Positions 36,081 through 49,351 are shown, counted from the stretch's first letter. The stretch: DNA of 64,000 nucleotides from Octopus sinensis (GCF_006345805.1 NC_043006.1:87420001-87484000); one strand, 5' to 3'. Numbers and translations: made by a program. Notes: generated by a model from the letters alone, not told the origin.

Positions 36081-36276
36081 GCAAAGGAAAAATTTTTATG
36101 CCAAATATGCCAAGAATAGACTTTAAATCGTCAATAACCACATATAATTAATTCATCACTATAAGCACATGTCTCGAAGCAAGCTGACAGAAATTTCTAA
36201 AAATTTTTTATATGTGGTTCTTGACAATTTAAAGTCTATTCTCGGCATATTTGGCATAGAAAATTTTTTCTTTTGC
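36081..36276. repeat. Imperfect inverted repeat, ~68-bp arms, 60-bp spacer (MITE-like)
   Basis: 36081-36147 is the reverse complement of 36208-36276 with about 6 differences. Confidence 0.85.
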
Positions 36277-36475
36277 CTTTATTTATAAGTTGCTTATTAT
36301 ATTCACCTTAAAATGTATTTTTTTAAATGCTGGCCACTGATAAAATTTTTTGAAAATTTTATCCTATATATTATATTATATATATATATAAGGTTTTTAT
36401 TCCCATGCTGGCCACTTGATAAGATCAATATTTAATATACACACATATTTAACATACACACATATATACATATAC

Positions 36476-36540
<65 letters not shown>

Positions 36541-36799
36541 TTATATATACACATATATAGATACATATTGTATTTATATATGTGCCATTTTATATTGTTA
36601 ATTTCTTACATGCACATTGGATTTGATTTTGTTGACTACACTATATAGTAGGGTCAGTTGAACACTGCTTGTGAGAAAAACTGCACCATCACACAATTCA
36701 CTCTGCCAGAAATTTGGAAAGGACATGTTGTGTTGTTTGGCATTAATTCAAATATTTCAGAGTGGTTGGGTGTAATCTCAGATGTACCACAAGTGATAA

Positions 36800-37401
36800 A
36801 AATCAAACATCCAGTCAATATCATGGAGTGATCACTAGTGATGGTGACGTTATGCCTCTATTCATATTCCCACAAGGCCTCAGTCTCAACACGAAGGCCT
36901 GCATCAAGTGCCTGGAAGAGGTAGTGCTACCCTGGGTCAAGAAGGTTGGTGCTAGAAGACCCTGTCTGGCAAAAGGTCTCTACAGGATGTCACACAAGCA
37001 GGAGAACCCAGTCGTGGCTGTCAAACAATTTCTGTGATCACATCACCCCTAACATATAGCCACCTAACTCCTCAGACTGCAACCTCCTTGATTGTTATGT
37101 GTGGAATGTAGTTGAGCGACAGACCAACAAAACTCCATGTAACACTGAAGATGAATTGAAGGCAAGGATTATGGCAGCATTCACCAACTTAAACAAGGAG
37201 ACCATCCAGATGAGTTGCTGGAGATTCCAAAGCCATCTGGAGGCCATGGTTGAAGCCAATAGTAATTTTATTGAATAAATTTACTTTTTAGTATTTTAAC
37301 ATATTTTTATATAATTTTGGTAAATATATCAGTTAAAATGAGATATCAGTGTTATCTTCATTTTTGCATAATTTAGACAGCAGTTTATTCACCGCTCCCT
37401 G
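36800..37401 (+). mobile_element. maT/DD37D-like (Tc1/mariner superfamily) transposon 3' half
   Basis: GVITSDGDVMPLFIFPQGL...HTSRRTQSWLSNNFCDHITPNI*PPNSSDCNLLDCYVW...EAMVEANSNFIE*; ends ...CCCTG|TA. Confidence 0.75.
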
Positions 37402-40400
37402 TATATATATATATGTAATCATTTACTCTCCACATTCCTATGCTTACGTTTCCATGCTTGTTGAGGCAAATTTTCTACAGCTAGATGTCCTTCCTGTCAT
37501 CAGCTTTCACCTGTTTCTAAGCATGGTCTGGCATGTTTTCATTGGAAGACTCATAAGACACAACATAGTTTGTATAACAGAAATGCTTATTAACAACAAT
37601 TATGTGATGTCAAGAGAAGTGTATACACACAAACATATATATTTACAATGGGTTTCTTTTAGTTTTCATATTCCAAAATCTACTTGGTCAGCCTGGAGCT
37701 ACAGTAGAATGCTCTCTTGCACAAGGTGCTATCTCATGGGATTGAACCCAAAGTCACGTAGTTAGAAAATAAACTTCTTAACCATGCAGCCTAGCCTGCA
37801 CCTATGTGCATGTCTGTATGTATGATGTATTGTCTGGACAACTCTTTTAAACATGGCCTTACCCAGGACCTTCCCATCAATGGACCCACTAATGCTAAAG
37901 CAATAAGTTTTGCAGATTTTACTTTTGTTGATGGTGAAAATGATAGCATCCCTTCAATCTGTTTTTCTTTTTTTCACTGAAAACCTTAGAATGTCTTTAT
38001 AGAGTGTCTGATAAAAATTACATTTTTGTGAACAATCTGCCTGCATGATCTTTGATCAAGCGTCGTTTTTGTCATTAGTGAAGACTTTTCTTATGGAATA
38101 ATTTAGGAAGAATTTCATGTGTCTTGGTATTAGGATTCCTGCTGGAGAGAATTTTTTTAGGTGGGCTTCTTTGTTAGTGTTTCTGTGTGCATATATTTGT
38201 GAGTTTGAAATATGCTTTGATCATGATTGAAATGTTTCTAAATATATTTTTGTGTATGTATTTTGTATTTAATAAGACCTACTATATCAATTATTTATGA
38301 GTAGATAATGTTGCTAAAGTATTTTGTTAAGTATATGTGCTTACATATGCATTTAACATCACTGACCTTTTCCCTTTCGTTGGCAAACTCTTATTATAAA
38401 AATGCATCAAAATTTGCTGAGACATTCATTTCTATCAGTGAACAGCAACTACATATAGTTGTCTATGAACACAAATTTCTCCAGTTCCACAATATATCTT
38501 AGGTTAAAAAATGGTAAATGAACTCTTTGGCATCACAAGGGTATGCTACTATGGAGTGGAGATTAGCAAACTATTAGAGCTTGAGTGAGGAATTCAAATA
38601 CCTATGAAATCCATTAGAGGTGTACTTGGGGTAACAGCCTAGCCATCTCCCAAAATATGAGATAAGCTCAGGAAAAATATAATTAGCACCTTAAAAATTG
38701 CAACCTAAAACAATCAGCAAAGCAAACCTAACCAATTATCTTGACATAATATCATATAATAATACCCCACCTTTGATAATGAAAACCTTAGCAGTATAAG
38801 CCAGAGAATCTCTTCAATTTCATCACACAAAATGATTTAATAAAGCTACACCATTCTATAAATAAGCCATAAAACCTAGTTGATTCAAAGACAAACTAAA
38901 ATATATACCTCAAAATTCACAAACAAGCTAAACAAAAACAATAACAACACCATTTGTTTAATACTCTTAACTCTCTCTGGCCTGGGCCCCTGTGTCTAAC
39001 TTTGACCTCCATTTGGGTTCTTGAGTAAAAACAAAAATAGTTGCATACATAACACAAGAATAGCGATTGCTAAATGAATAGAATTACAAAAAGAATTAGG
39101 AGAATAACAATAATAGACCTATCTCTCAACTACCACACTTGTTCACCCAAATTGCTTCTTTCTTCATCACTTTTACTAGTTTGTCTGAATTACTCTCATT
39201 GTCTGCATAGGGGTAAACTCTTCATCCACAGAATAAATATCATCAACAATTTCCACAACTGTAAAAAGTCCAGGCTTTGCTCATTTGCCAGACAAAGTAT
39301 TGGGCTCATCATATGCTTGTTTCATCACAAAAACAATTTTTTCATTTAAAAGCAAAAATAAGTAACAGCTATGGGGGACATCATTAACAATGAATAATAA
39401 CCACACTTGACTGCAAAGCATCATGGTCAGTTGTCTAATTTTAGTATTTTATCTTCTTTTTCTATGATTATTCATTACACTCGTAATAGGAATATGGTAG
39501 AGATTATATTTTAAGCTGTTTTGCAATACCAGTGATACTGTGTGATAGGGATAATACACTCTTCAGATTAAATGCAAAAATAGGTGTAGTATATATGCCT
39601 TCCAGCACCAATCACTAAACACATCCTAACAACACAAATGCAACAAACCATGCAATAGGAACAATACAAAAGTTAGCTGAAGCTGAACAAGATGCATAAA
39701 ACATAATATACAATAATCTAATAACAACATGGGAACCCACTGTGAAGGTAAGTTAATGGTATTGGGCTCAAATGCATTAGGCTGTGGATTGGGGAGTGCA
39801 TTGTGTTCTTGAGAAAGGTATTTCATTTAATGGTTAGCCCATACACTCAGCTGAAAATGTATACCAAAACAATTTTGTGGGATTAATATTGTGACTGATA
39901 TTCCATTCAGTGGGGAGTCTTGTACTCACAGCCTAAATGCTTTGAAAATCAAACAAATTCTGGCCTCATAAGCCAAAAAGATCAAAAAATACACACACAA
40001 GCACAAACCTATGCAACTGCACAAAAGCACAAACATGTTCATAATGCAAAAGCTTCCAAAAAATAGCTCACAAAGCAACAATGTTAAAATAAGGACAAGC
40101 CAATAAACAAAGCAACCTCAGCACATTCACTGGAGCCCTCAAAGACACATACACCATGCACACATTCATAGTGGGATATAAACACAAAACACATAACTTC
40201 TCCATCCAGATATATTTGCAAGTTTATAGAAAAGAAATAACCACAAACATGAAAAGGGAAATAATAAACTGTGTACCATCACATATAAATAGTTTTCAAA
40301 AATTTCCCCACGTGCATCATAAGGAAATACAGCATGAAAACACACCAAATGAAACTTCTCACACTATAGACACCAAAATAAATTCATTTTGAAAAATTAT

Positions 40401-41299
40401 ATTGTGAACGTGAATCAGGATAAAACAATCACAAAAAGCCAAAACTATCATACCCCAGCTAAATATATATATATATATTATATATACTCTCCCATAAATA
40501 CATACTGGCAATTTCAAAGAAACAAATAAATATATGCCTTGATAAAAAAAATATCATCCACAAAATTGAACTACATACAAAAGACATGAACACACACTCA
40601 CAAGCATCAACAAAGATATCCACAGAAGAAAAATCACTCAAGCAGGAATCCTAATACCAGTACACATGAAATGCTTCACAAAGTTTTCTATAAATGAATA
40701 CCTTCTCTAATGAAAACATAGACTTGACAAATATAACAATAAATAAACATTCTTTGCAAACAAATAGCATTAATGAATTTCACAAATAAATCCAACAAGA
40801 GACAAATTTCTCCAAAACCTCAAAAGAAATAAGCAAATTGCAATATAAACAGTTAAATACACTCCTAACCAACAAATATAAATAAACATTTGCCATAAAA
40901 ATAGCTAATATAGAGCACAAAATCTTTTGCAAAAAAGAAACCAATCTACAGTCACTAAAAAGACATCACACCATCACTATTGAATATAAATGAATGACAA
41001 AGCTGTGTTGTAACAGTTCACCCCTGCAGATCACCATGGCATGAAACTAGAGTCATGAGATAAATCTCATAGCTGAGTCAGTATTAAAATTAAAAGAAAA
41101 TTTTCAGATCTGGAAGTGAAACTTAGAATCAAGGAATCCCAAAGGAAACTTAGCAAAGACTTAAGTATTAGTGATGAATAAGCAGACAGAATGCTGACTG
41201 CATCAGGAAAACTGCCATGCTGAAAATGCTGAAATGGAATAGATAGCAATCCTTTTGCTGTACCTAGTTTAGAGTATTAATGCATGTATGATATAGCAG

Positions 41300-42645
41300 A
41301 CTTACAAGTAATCTACAGAGGTGGTTGACTTTGAATGCTAAGGGGTGGACATAGGCAATAAACGCTGAGTTTACTTGAGAAACCGATTCTCTTAACTGGA
41401 CTGAAGGCACTTAAAAGCATTTGATAGTTTCTGTTACCTTGGTTATCTAATTTACAGTGGAGTAGGTGTTCCAAAACTTTTGTAGTCAAATAACAACAGG
41501 CTGGAAGAAGTTCAAGGAGTCATTAGTTTTGCTGGCTATATAGGATTTTCGATGAGGGTGACAGACAATTTGAATGACACTTGTGTATGGACTATGATGC
41601 TGCGTGATGATAAGATGTAGGCTCTGCATGCAAATGATTTTTGAAAACTAGAATGCAAGTAAATGAGCATACTTTGTTGGTTGTGTAATGTCAGTGTGCA
41701 TAAAAGTAGGTCTATGAATGAGCTGAGAGGGAAATTAGGAATAAGAAAAATCAGATGTAATACACAGGAGAGGACTGTGTTGGTCCAACCAAGTTATGTG
41801 TGTAGAAAACGAACGTTGAATAAAGAAGTGTGTGGAACTCAAAATTTATGGAAGTAGTGGAAGAGAGAAACTTAAAAAGTCACAGAACAAACAGGTGAAA
41901 ACTGATCTCATGATGTTGAGCTTCATATAAGAAATGGCAACAACCCATTCTCTAGTCCAATAGTTCCAGCTAAGTCTATATGTACTGTCTTGCCTGCCTT
42001 TTGATACCCTCTCATTCTGCTTCTGCTCATCTTTTATCTCTTACTCTCACTCCCCTATCCACTTTATTATGCTTGTGTAACTAAAGACGGTATGCCCCTG
42101 CCCACTGCTACTCTCCTACTACTATACTCTGTTTCTACTATCATTTTGTCACCCATCTCATCCATGAATTTTATTTCTTCATTGTCATCAATCCCTCTAT
42201 TACTCCTCTTGAATAAATGAAAATAAAATGGCAAGAATACTTCAATATTATTGGGTACAAGGCAATCCCACAAGGTTGGTGCTAAGATAAAATGCATATT
42301 ATAACTGCTGTAAACTGTTTGGCTAATAAGCAGAGATAATGCAGGGCCAGAAGGACACTTCTGTCTTGCTGAAGACATAACCACATGTTTAGTACTGGTG
42401 CCTTGATAAAATGCACCCAGTGCACTCTGTAAAAAGATTTGTGTGAGGAAAGGCAACAACCATAACAAACAAACTAAAAAAGATAGGTACAAAAGTGCCA
42501 TGATACTCTAACACATTTTGCAGGCCAATATCTCTGGATAAGAACTCATGCAGATCATAACCCCTTTGACCCACACTAGCATGGAAAGTAAACATAAAAC
42601 AGTGGTTGTGATGATGATGGGATGATGCCTGATGATGATGATGAT
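41300..42645 (+). mobile_element. Highly decayed RTE LINE 3' portion
   Basis: gatagtttctgttaccttgg (DSFCYLG), ggctggaagaagttcaaggag, ggttgtgtaatgtcagtgtgc; 3' UTR ends in gatgatgat at ~42645. Confidence 0.7.
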
Positions 42646-43616
42646 ATATGACAAATTTTGCATTGTTTCTATTTATTAAAGTCCAGTTGCAAGGTACTGC
42701 TCAGCTTATGGCTGTAGTAGAAAAAAACCCAAAGTGCCACACATTAGGATCAAACCAAAAGCCACATGGTTTTGAAGCAAACTTCTTAATCACACAGATA
42801 TGGCAGCATCCAAAAAAATCATTAGCAGAATTTACACTAAGAAGCTAAATCATATATGTGCTGTTTCTTTCCTTTTCTTTAGCAAATGAACTATTTGTGG
42901 CACTTGTCTCTCTACTTACATCTCTGCTACAGTGTCTCACTTCTAGATTTTAAGCGATGTATTTCATCTAATCAAATCTCACCCAAACTGTATCCTTTCT
43001 TGCTTATGAAAATACAAAGTGAATATTATCACACATGATTTTGAGAGATTCAACAAAGATATTTCCAATTAATTAACAACAACAAAAATTATAATGCTCT
43101 CAGGAATTTTCTTAAAAAAACATACAAGTTTTGTAAAGAAATATATTTAACAGATTAAGAATTTTAAAAAAAAGTAAATAACAAAGAAAAATAAATAATA
43201 AAAAAAAAGTTATCAGTTTATATCTTGAGATATAAATATCAGAGTAAAATATAGACAATTCAACTATAAATTATATTTGAAAAGAAATAATTACTGTTCC
43301 AATATATTCTCTGCAACAATACACACAGAATAACTAAAATTGGCAAATGATTGGCAAACACTAAAATTAATATGAAATATTACATCCAGAATGCCGCCAG
43401 CTAGCCTGAATGTTGGAACTAGTAAAAGAGAGTTATTTTGAAAGATTAAAACAATCGAGAGAACTTGAGCCAATAAGAGAACTTGTACATGGTCATTCAC
43501 CCTGTTAAAAATAGCAGCCAAACTATCAGATCACATTGTTGTATCTAATGAAACAAAAGGCATATGCTAGGTAATGTAATTTGATATACCCCCAGAAAAG
43601 ATGGTTCTAAACACTA

Positions 43617-43712
43617 GAAGAAGAAGAAGAAGAAGAAGAAGAAGAAGAAGAAGAAGAAGAAGAAGAAGAAGAAGAAGAAGAAGAAGAAGAAGAAGAAGAA
43701 GAAGAAGAAGAA
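43617..43712. repeat. Pure (GAA)32 tract
   Basis: 96 bp of uninterrupted GAA. Confidence 0.97.
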
Positions 43713-43974
43713 AGCCTTTAATCACAGGTCTGATTGATCAAGGTATACTCAGGGCTAAAAGCCTACTAACAAAAAGCCAACAAGAAAAACATTCGCAGAA
43801 ACATTAAAAAATGATTTACAAAATTGACTGTTGCAAAAAATGAGACATCAAAAGTTTTAAATAAATATAATTATAATGAATCCAAATAAAATAACGAAAA
43901 TCTTAAACGAGTATATTTCACATTGACATTCCCACCAAAATGGACATATTGGCATCCCTAAACCCAAGCACTCA

Positions 43975-45690
43975 TATCATCATCATCATCATCAAATGCT
44001 TGTTTTCCATATGGGCATGGGTTGGGCAATTTAACAGAAGCTGGCAAATCAGGGTCTGCCCCATGCTCCACTGTCTGTTTTGACACGGTTTTTACAGCTG
44101 GATATTCTTCCTAATGCCAACAGAGTGGGCTGGGTGCATTTTACATACCACCAGCATCAACAAAGTCTGCTTTGGCATGGTTTTTACAGTTGGATGCCCT
44201 TCCAAATGCAAATCTCTTTACAGTATGGACCGGATAGTTTTTACATGGCACCAGCACTGGTATGGTCACCAAGTAACTTGCAAGACTAAGATCCTTTGAG
44301 AGGGAGGGGGGTACTGGAGGCAGTGACTTTGTGCCAAGTGATGAGAATTAGAGTATGACAGAAGGACAGAAACAGGTGTCTTCCTTGCAGGAGGAACATG
44401 GTTAATATAAACGATTGAAAGGAGATGTACCCATTTGTAAGTTTGTATATGTTTATACATGTCTCTGAGTTAGTGTATGGGACCGTTTTTGTAGGGGCGT
44501 CTAGAGGAAGAAGAAGAAGAAGAAGAGAGATCAAGAATGAGTGAGTGAGAGTGGAAGAGAGCAAAAATGAAAGAGCATGAATGAAAGAGAGTAAGAGTGA
44601 GTGAGAGAGCACAAGAGTGAGATAGATGGTAGCAATGTGCCAGGGCATACTATCAAGGTAGAGAGATGAAAATGTGAATTAGATGGTAAATCACTGCTAA
44701 GGGAGCATCAGTAAGGAATTCATGTGAATGCAATAAGGTAGGAAGGGAGAGAATGTAGTGACTGGTGAAACCTAGGTATATGGAGGTGAGAACAACAGGA
44801 TAACAATGATGCAGTAGGTAAGACAGTGATGACAGGATTGAGTTGCAAGAGTGGGGAGTGAGGGATAAGCATAGAACATGGAAAAGGGGAAATATGAGGA
44901 AGAGGAGAAAGGAAGATATAATTTGGTTTGTCTGGGTACAGTGTGTGTAAACTTAATGTTACACAACACTCACAGACCTTAGTTTTGCTGAGTGAGGCAG
45001 GTCTTCTCAAGAAGCTCATATAGCCAGACATCTTAGTCCATTGTCCTCTCCTCCATGAGGCCCAGCATCCTGAGATCAGTCCTCACTACTTCTTCCCATC
45101 AGCACTTCTCTTTTGCATGCTGCATTTGATTCTGCTTATGCTCAACTTTTCTCTCAACACATAAGCACTTTGTCTGACATGCCTACAGATATTGTGTATC
45201 TATTGGAGCATATTAGCTTCTTTCCTCTTTAGTCTATGTTTGTCTTCTGCATTCAGACCCCATGTCTCATAACCATGAAGTAAGCATCATAAAATCTGCC
45301 TTTCTCTCTGAGAGAGAATCCTTTTGTTGCCAACAGAAGTAATATCTCTTTGAACTTCCTCCATCCTATTCTTATTCTAGCAGTAATACTTTCAGAACAT
45401 CCTCCACCACTGCTTATTTGCTCACCTAGGTAACAGAAACTATCTACAACCCGAAGAGAGTCACCAGAGCATTTGAGAGAGTCTAATTCCTGGGAGTCCT
45501 TCGTTGCTTTTTGTTTCTGCACATCTGTCTCATAGGAAAAAGACTTTCTGTATTAACCTACCTATGATTCTGCTGCACCTCTTACATAGCTTGTGCTGGG
45601 TGCAACAAATATAACCTCTTCCAACATCTTTCCTACATATTGAGCAGGGTCATTTACCTGATGGAAAGAGAGTCTTATCTGACTTCTTGC
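43975..45690 (-). mobile_element. Old RTE LINE 3' portion (PHD remnant, thumb, long 3' UTR)
   Basis: ORF 45253-45522 LRVVDSFCYLGEQISSGGGCSESITARIRIGWRKFKE; gcagggtcatttacctgatgg (PSGKWPC); (CAT)n tail at 43975. Confidence 0.85.
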
Positions 45691-45730
45691 TAACAACAAC
45701 ACACTCTCTCTCTTTCACACACACACACAT

Positions 45731-48388
45731 ATCATCATCATCATCGTTTAGCGTCCGCTTTCCATGCTGGCATGGGTTGGATGGTGCAACTGGGTTCTGG
45801 GAAGCCAGAAGGCTGCACCAGGCCCAGTCTGATCTGGCAAAGTTTCTATGGCTGGATGCCCTTCCTAACGTCAACCACTCCATGAGTGTAGTGGGTGCTT
45901 TTTACATGCTACTGGCACAGGTGCCAGACGAGGCTGGCATACGGCCATGGTCAGATGGTGCTTTTTACGTGTCACTGGCACGGAGGCCAGGCGAGGCTGG
46001 CAAACGGCCACGATCAGATGGTGCTTTTTATGTGCCACCGGCACGGAAGCCAGTCAGGGCGGCACTGGCAACGGCCACGTTCAGATGGTTCTCTTATGTG
46101 CCACCAGCACTGATATCACAGCGACAATTTCCATTCATGTTGATCAATTTTGATTTTTGATTTTCACTTGCCTCAACAGGTCTTCACAAGTAGGGTTTTG
46201 TGTCTCAAGAAGGAAAGGTATGCATAAGTAGACTGAGGCCATAGGTGATGGTCTCACTTGTCCTGCCAGATCTTCTCACACACAGCATATATCCAATGGC
46301 CTCGGTCTCAAGTCATTTCCTCGGTGAGACCTAAAGTTCGAAGATTGTGCTTCACCACCTCGTCCCAGGTTTTCCTGGGTCTGCCTTTTCCACAGGTTCC
46401 CTCAACAGCTAGGGTGTGGCACTTTTCACACAACTATCTTCATCCATTCTTGCCACATGGCCATACCAGTGCAAATGTCTCTCTTGCACACCGCAACTGA
46501 TGCTTCTTAGGTCCAACTTCTCTCTCAAGGTACTCTCACTCTGTCGAGTATGAACACTGACATTACACATCCATCGGAGCATACTGGCTTCATTTCTTGC
46601 GAGCTTACACATATCCTCAGCAGTCACGGCCCATGTTTCACTGCCATGTAACATGGCTGTTCGTACACAAGCATCATACAGTCTACCTTTTACTCTGAGC
46701 GAGAGGCCTTTTGTCACCAGCAGAGGTAAGAGCTCTCTGAACTTTGCCCAAGCTATTCTTACTCTAGCAGTTAGACTTTCAACACACCCGCCCCCGCTAC
46801 TTACTTGGTCACCTAGGTAACGGAAGCTATCAACTATTTCTAGTTTTTCTCCCTGGAATGTGGCGGAAGTTGCTCTCTGCGCATTTTCAGTGTTTATTGC
46901 TCCTGAGCATCTGCCACATACAAAAACCATCTTCCTAGTTAGCCTTCTTTTGACATTGCTGCACCTCTTATGTGTCCATAGCTTACACTTGGTGCATCTT
47001 ATAGAGTTTCTACCTACACCTTTTCTACAGATCGAGCAGGGCCATCTACCTGAAGGCATTTGTGACTTGTCTACCTTCCTACTTATTAGGACTTTGGTTT
47101 TAGCTAGATTGATTCTAAGGCCCTTCGATTCTAATCCTTGCTTCCACACCTGAAACTTCTCCTCCAGTTCTGATAGTGACTCAGCAATTAGAGCAAGGTC
47201 ATCAGCATAGAGGAGCTCCCAGGGGCATCCTGTCTTGAATTCCTCCGTTATTGCCTGGAGGACTACGATAAATAGGAGGGGGCTGAGGGCTGAACCTTGG
47301 TGGACCCCTACCTCTACCCGGAATTCTTCACTGTACTCGTTGCCAACCCTCACCTTACTAGCAGCGTCCCTGTACATGGCTTGCACAGCTCTCACTAACC
47401 ATTCATCTATCCCTAGTTTCCTCATTGACCACCAGATAAGGGATTGAGGGACCCTGTCGAAGGCTTTCTCCATGTCAATGAAAGCCAGGTACAGGGGCTT
47501 ATCTTTGGCTAGATATTTCTCCTGCAGCTGTCTTACCAGGAATATGGCATCGAATCCAAACTGCATCTCATCTAAACTAACTCTCTCTCTAATTAGTTGG
47601 GCTATGACCCTCTCCGTAACCTTCATTACCTGATCCAACAGCTTGATACCTCTGTAATTATTTGTATCTAGGGCGTCACCATTACCTTTGTAGCAGTTGA
47701 CTATTATGCTGCTACACCAGTCATTGGGTATGACTCCTTCGTGTATAACCTGGTTAACTATACGGGTGACTAGGCTATAGCCGACACTACCAGATATTTT
47801 GAGCATCTCTGCAGTAATTCCTGATGGGCCTGGGGCTTTACCTGTCTTCATGCTTCTAATTGCCTTAATTACCAAGGAACTGTCAACTCGGATAGCTGGT
47901 CCCTCTGTTGGGTCGACATTCGGCAGACTCTCTTTATCCCATTCATTTTCCTTATTCAGCAACCTTTCATAGTGGCGTCTCCTCACCTCTCTCTCTGCAT
48001 CCTCATTTAGTGCAAGGGAACCATCATCCATGCGAACACATTTCTCTCCCACATACTGTCTTGCAACATGAACTACCTCAAGACTTTGCTCCTCAAGGCG
48101 CAGAACATTGGCAAATTTTTTCTTATCTGCTAAATAATTTTTTCTTATCTGGCTAAATAAACCTGTCTCCTAGCTTCTCTTTTGGCAGTCTGATACAATT
48201 CCCTGCTACCCCCATTTTTCCAGTCCTTCCAGGCCTGTCTCTTTTCTCTAATAGCCCTGTCTACAACATTGTTCCACCACCATGTTATTCTAGGTCAAGA
48301 GGGGACTTTGCACCAGCCACAGATCTGGTCAGTGGATCCCAGCAGGTTGTCCCTTAGAAACGTCCAGTTGTCTTCTAGAAACGTCCAA
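45731..48388 (-). mobile_element. Younger RTE-clade LINE, 5'-truncated, with 3' UTR array and (GAT)n tail
   Basis: WWWNNVVDRAIREKRQAW linker at 48200-48290, RT ORF, frameshifted C-terminus to TGA at 46254, 3' UTR continuous to the tail at 45731-45745. Confidence 0.95.
46409..48052 (-). pseudogene. RTE ORF2 reverse transcriptase with embedded PHD finger (disrupted)
   Basis: NYRGIKLL, DMEKAFDRV, GVHQGSALSPLLF, LYADDL (47198-47209), YLG; C4HC3 motif 46907-47038; short in-frame deletion after QFGF; frameshift near 46420. Confidence 0.93.
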
Positions 48389-48411
48389 TATATATATATA
48401 TATATATATAT

Positions 48412-49255
48412 AGCAAAATCAAGGAACGGCCATAATAGGCCATTCACCCACTAGAAATAACAGCCAAGGCTTCAACCGCAAAACAACATTAATTCCGTAA
48501 ACCAGGAGAAAATTAAAAAAACATTTACCCTGTAATTCTTTATACGATGCACCGTTTCTTCTATTGTTTAATGGTAAACTAACCTGATTAAATTAAATTA
48601 AGCTAGTCTTCCATAGGCCGATAGATTCATCAGTAAAGAACGGCCAGGTCGGAGCAGATATTTACACGAGGCACTTTCACCACTGTCTCAGCAATATCTG
48701 ACCTAAAATTTTCAAATCATCGCACTCGCGCCAAATTTATGGCCAAAATATTATGGCCGTTCCTTGATTTTGCTGTTGAATTTATAAATGGTCTATGACC
48801 ATTTCCCACTAGGCCGCTGGTGGCAAAAAAATTCTGCGAAATTTTTTTGCCACCCTATATTGATTAATTATGAATTTTCTGGTTAATTCCGTAATGGAAT
48901 TGGCGGCTTATATTTATCTGCTGCCGATAAATTTGGCGCGAGTGCGATGATTTGAAAATTTTAGGTCAGATATTGCTGAGACAGTGGTGAAAGTGCCTCG
49001 TGTAAATATCTGCTCCGACCTGGCCGTTCTTTACTGATGAATCTATCGGCCTATGGAAGACTAGCTTGATTTAATTTAATCAGGTTAGTTTACCATTAAA
49101 CAATAGAAGAAACGGTGCATCGTATAAAGAATTACAGGGTAAATGTTTTTTTAATTTTCTCCTGGTTTACGGAATTAATGTTGTTTTGCGGTTGAAGCCT
49201 TGGCTGTTATTTCTAGTGGGTGAATGGCCTATTATGGCCGTTCCTTGATTTTGCT
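48412..49255. repeat. Long inverted repeat, 329-bp arms (48412-48740 and 48927-49255), 186-bp spacer
   Basis: Arms are reverse complements with one mismatch seen by eye (aattaagctag vs aatcaagctag). Confidence 0.96.
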
Positions 49256-49351
49256 GTTGAATTTATAAATGGTCTATGACTATTTAATTTTTTCCCACTA
49301 GGCCGCTGGTGGCAAAAAAATTCTGCGAAATTTTTTTGCCACCCTATATTG

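Noticed and set aside
42067-42501. 144-aa minus-strand ORF as a possible first exon
   Set aside because: Lies antisense within a decayed RTE 3' UTR; no splice donor in the required phase was identified.
43601-43807. Poly-Arg ORF
   Set aside because: Frame through the (GAA)32 tract.
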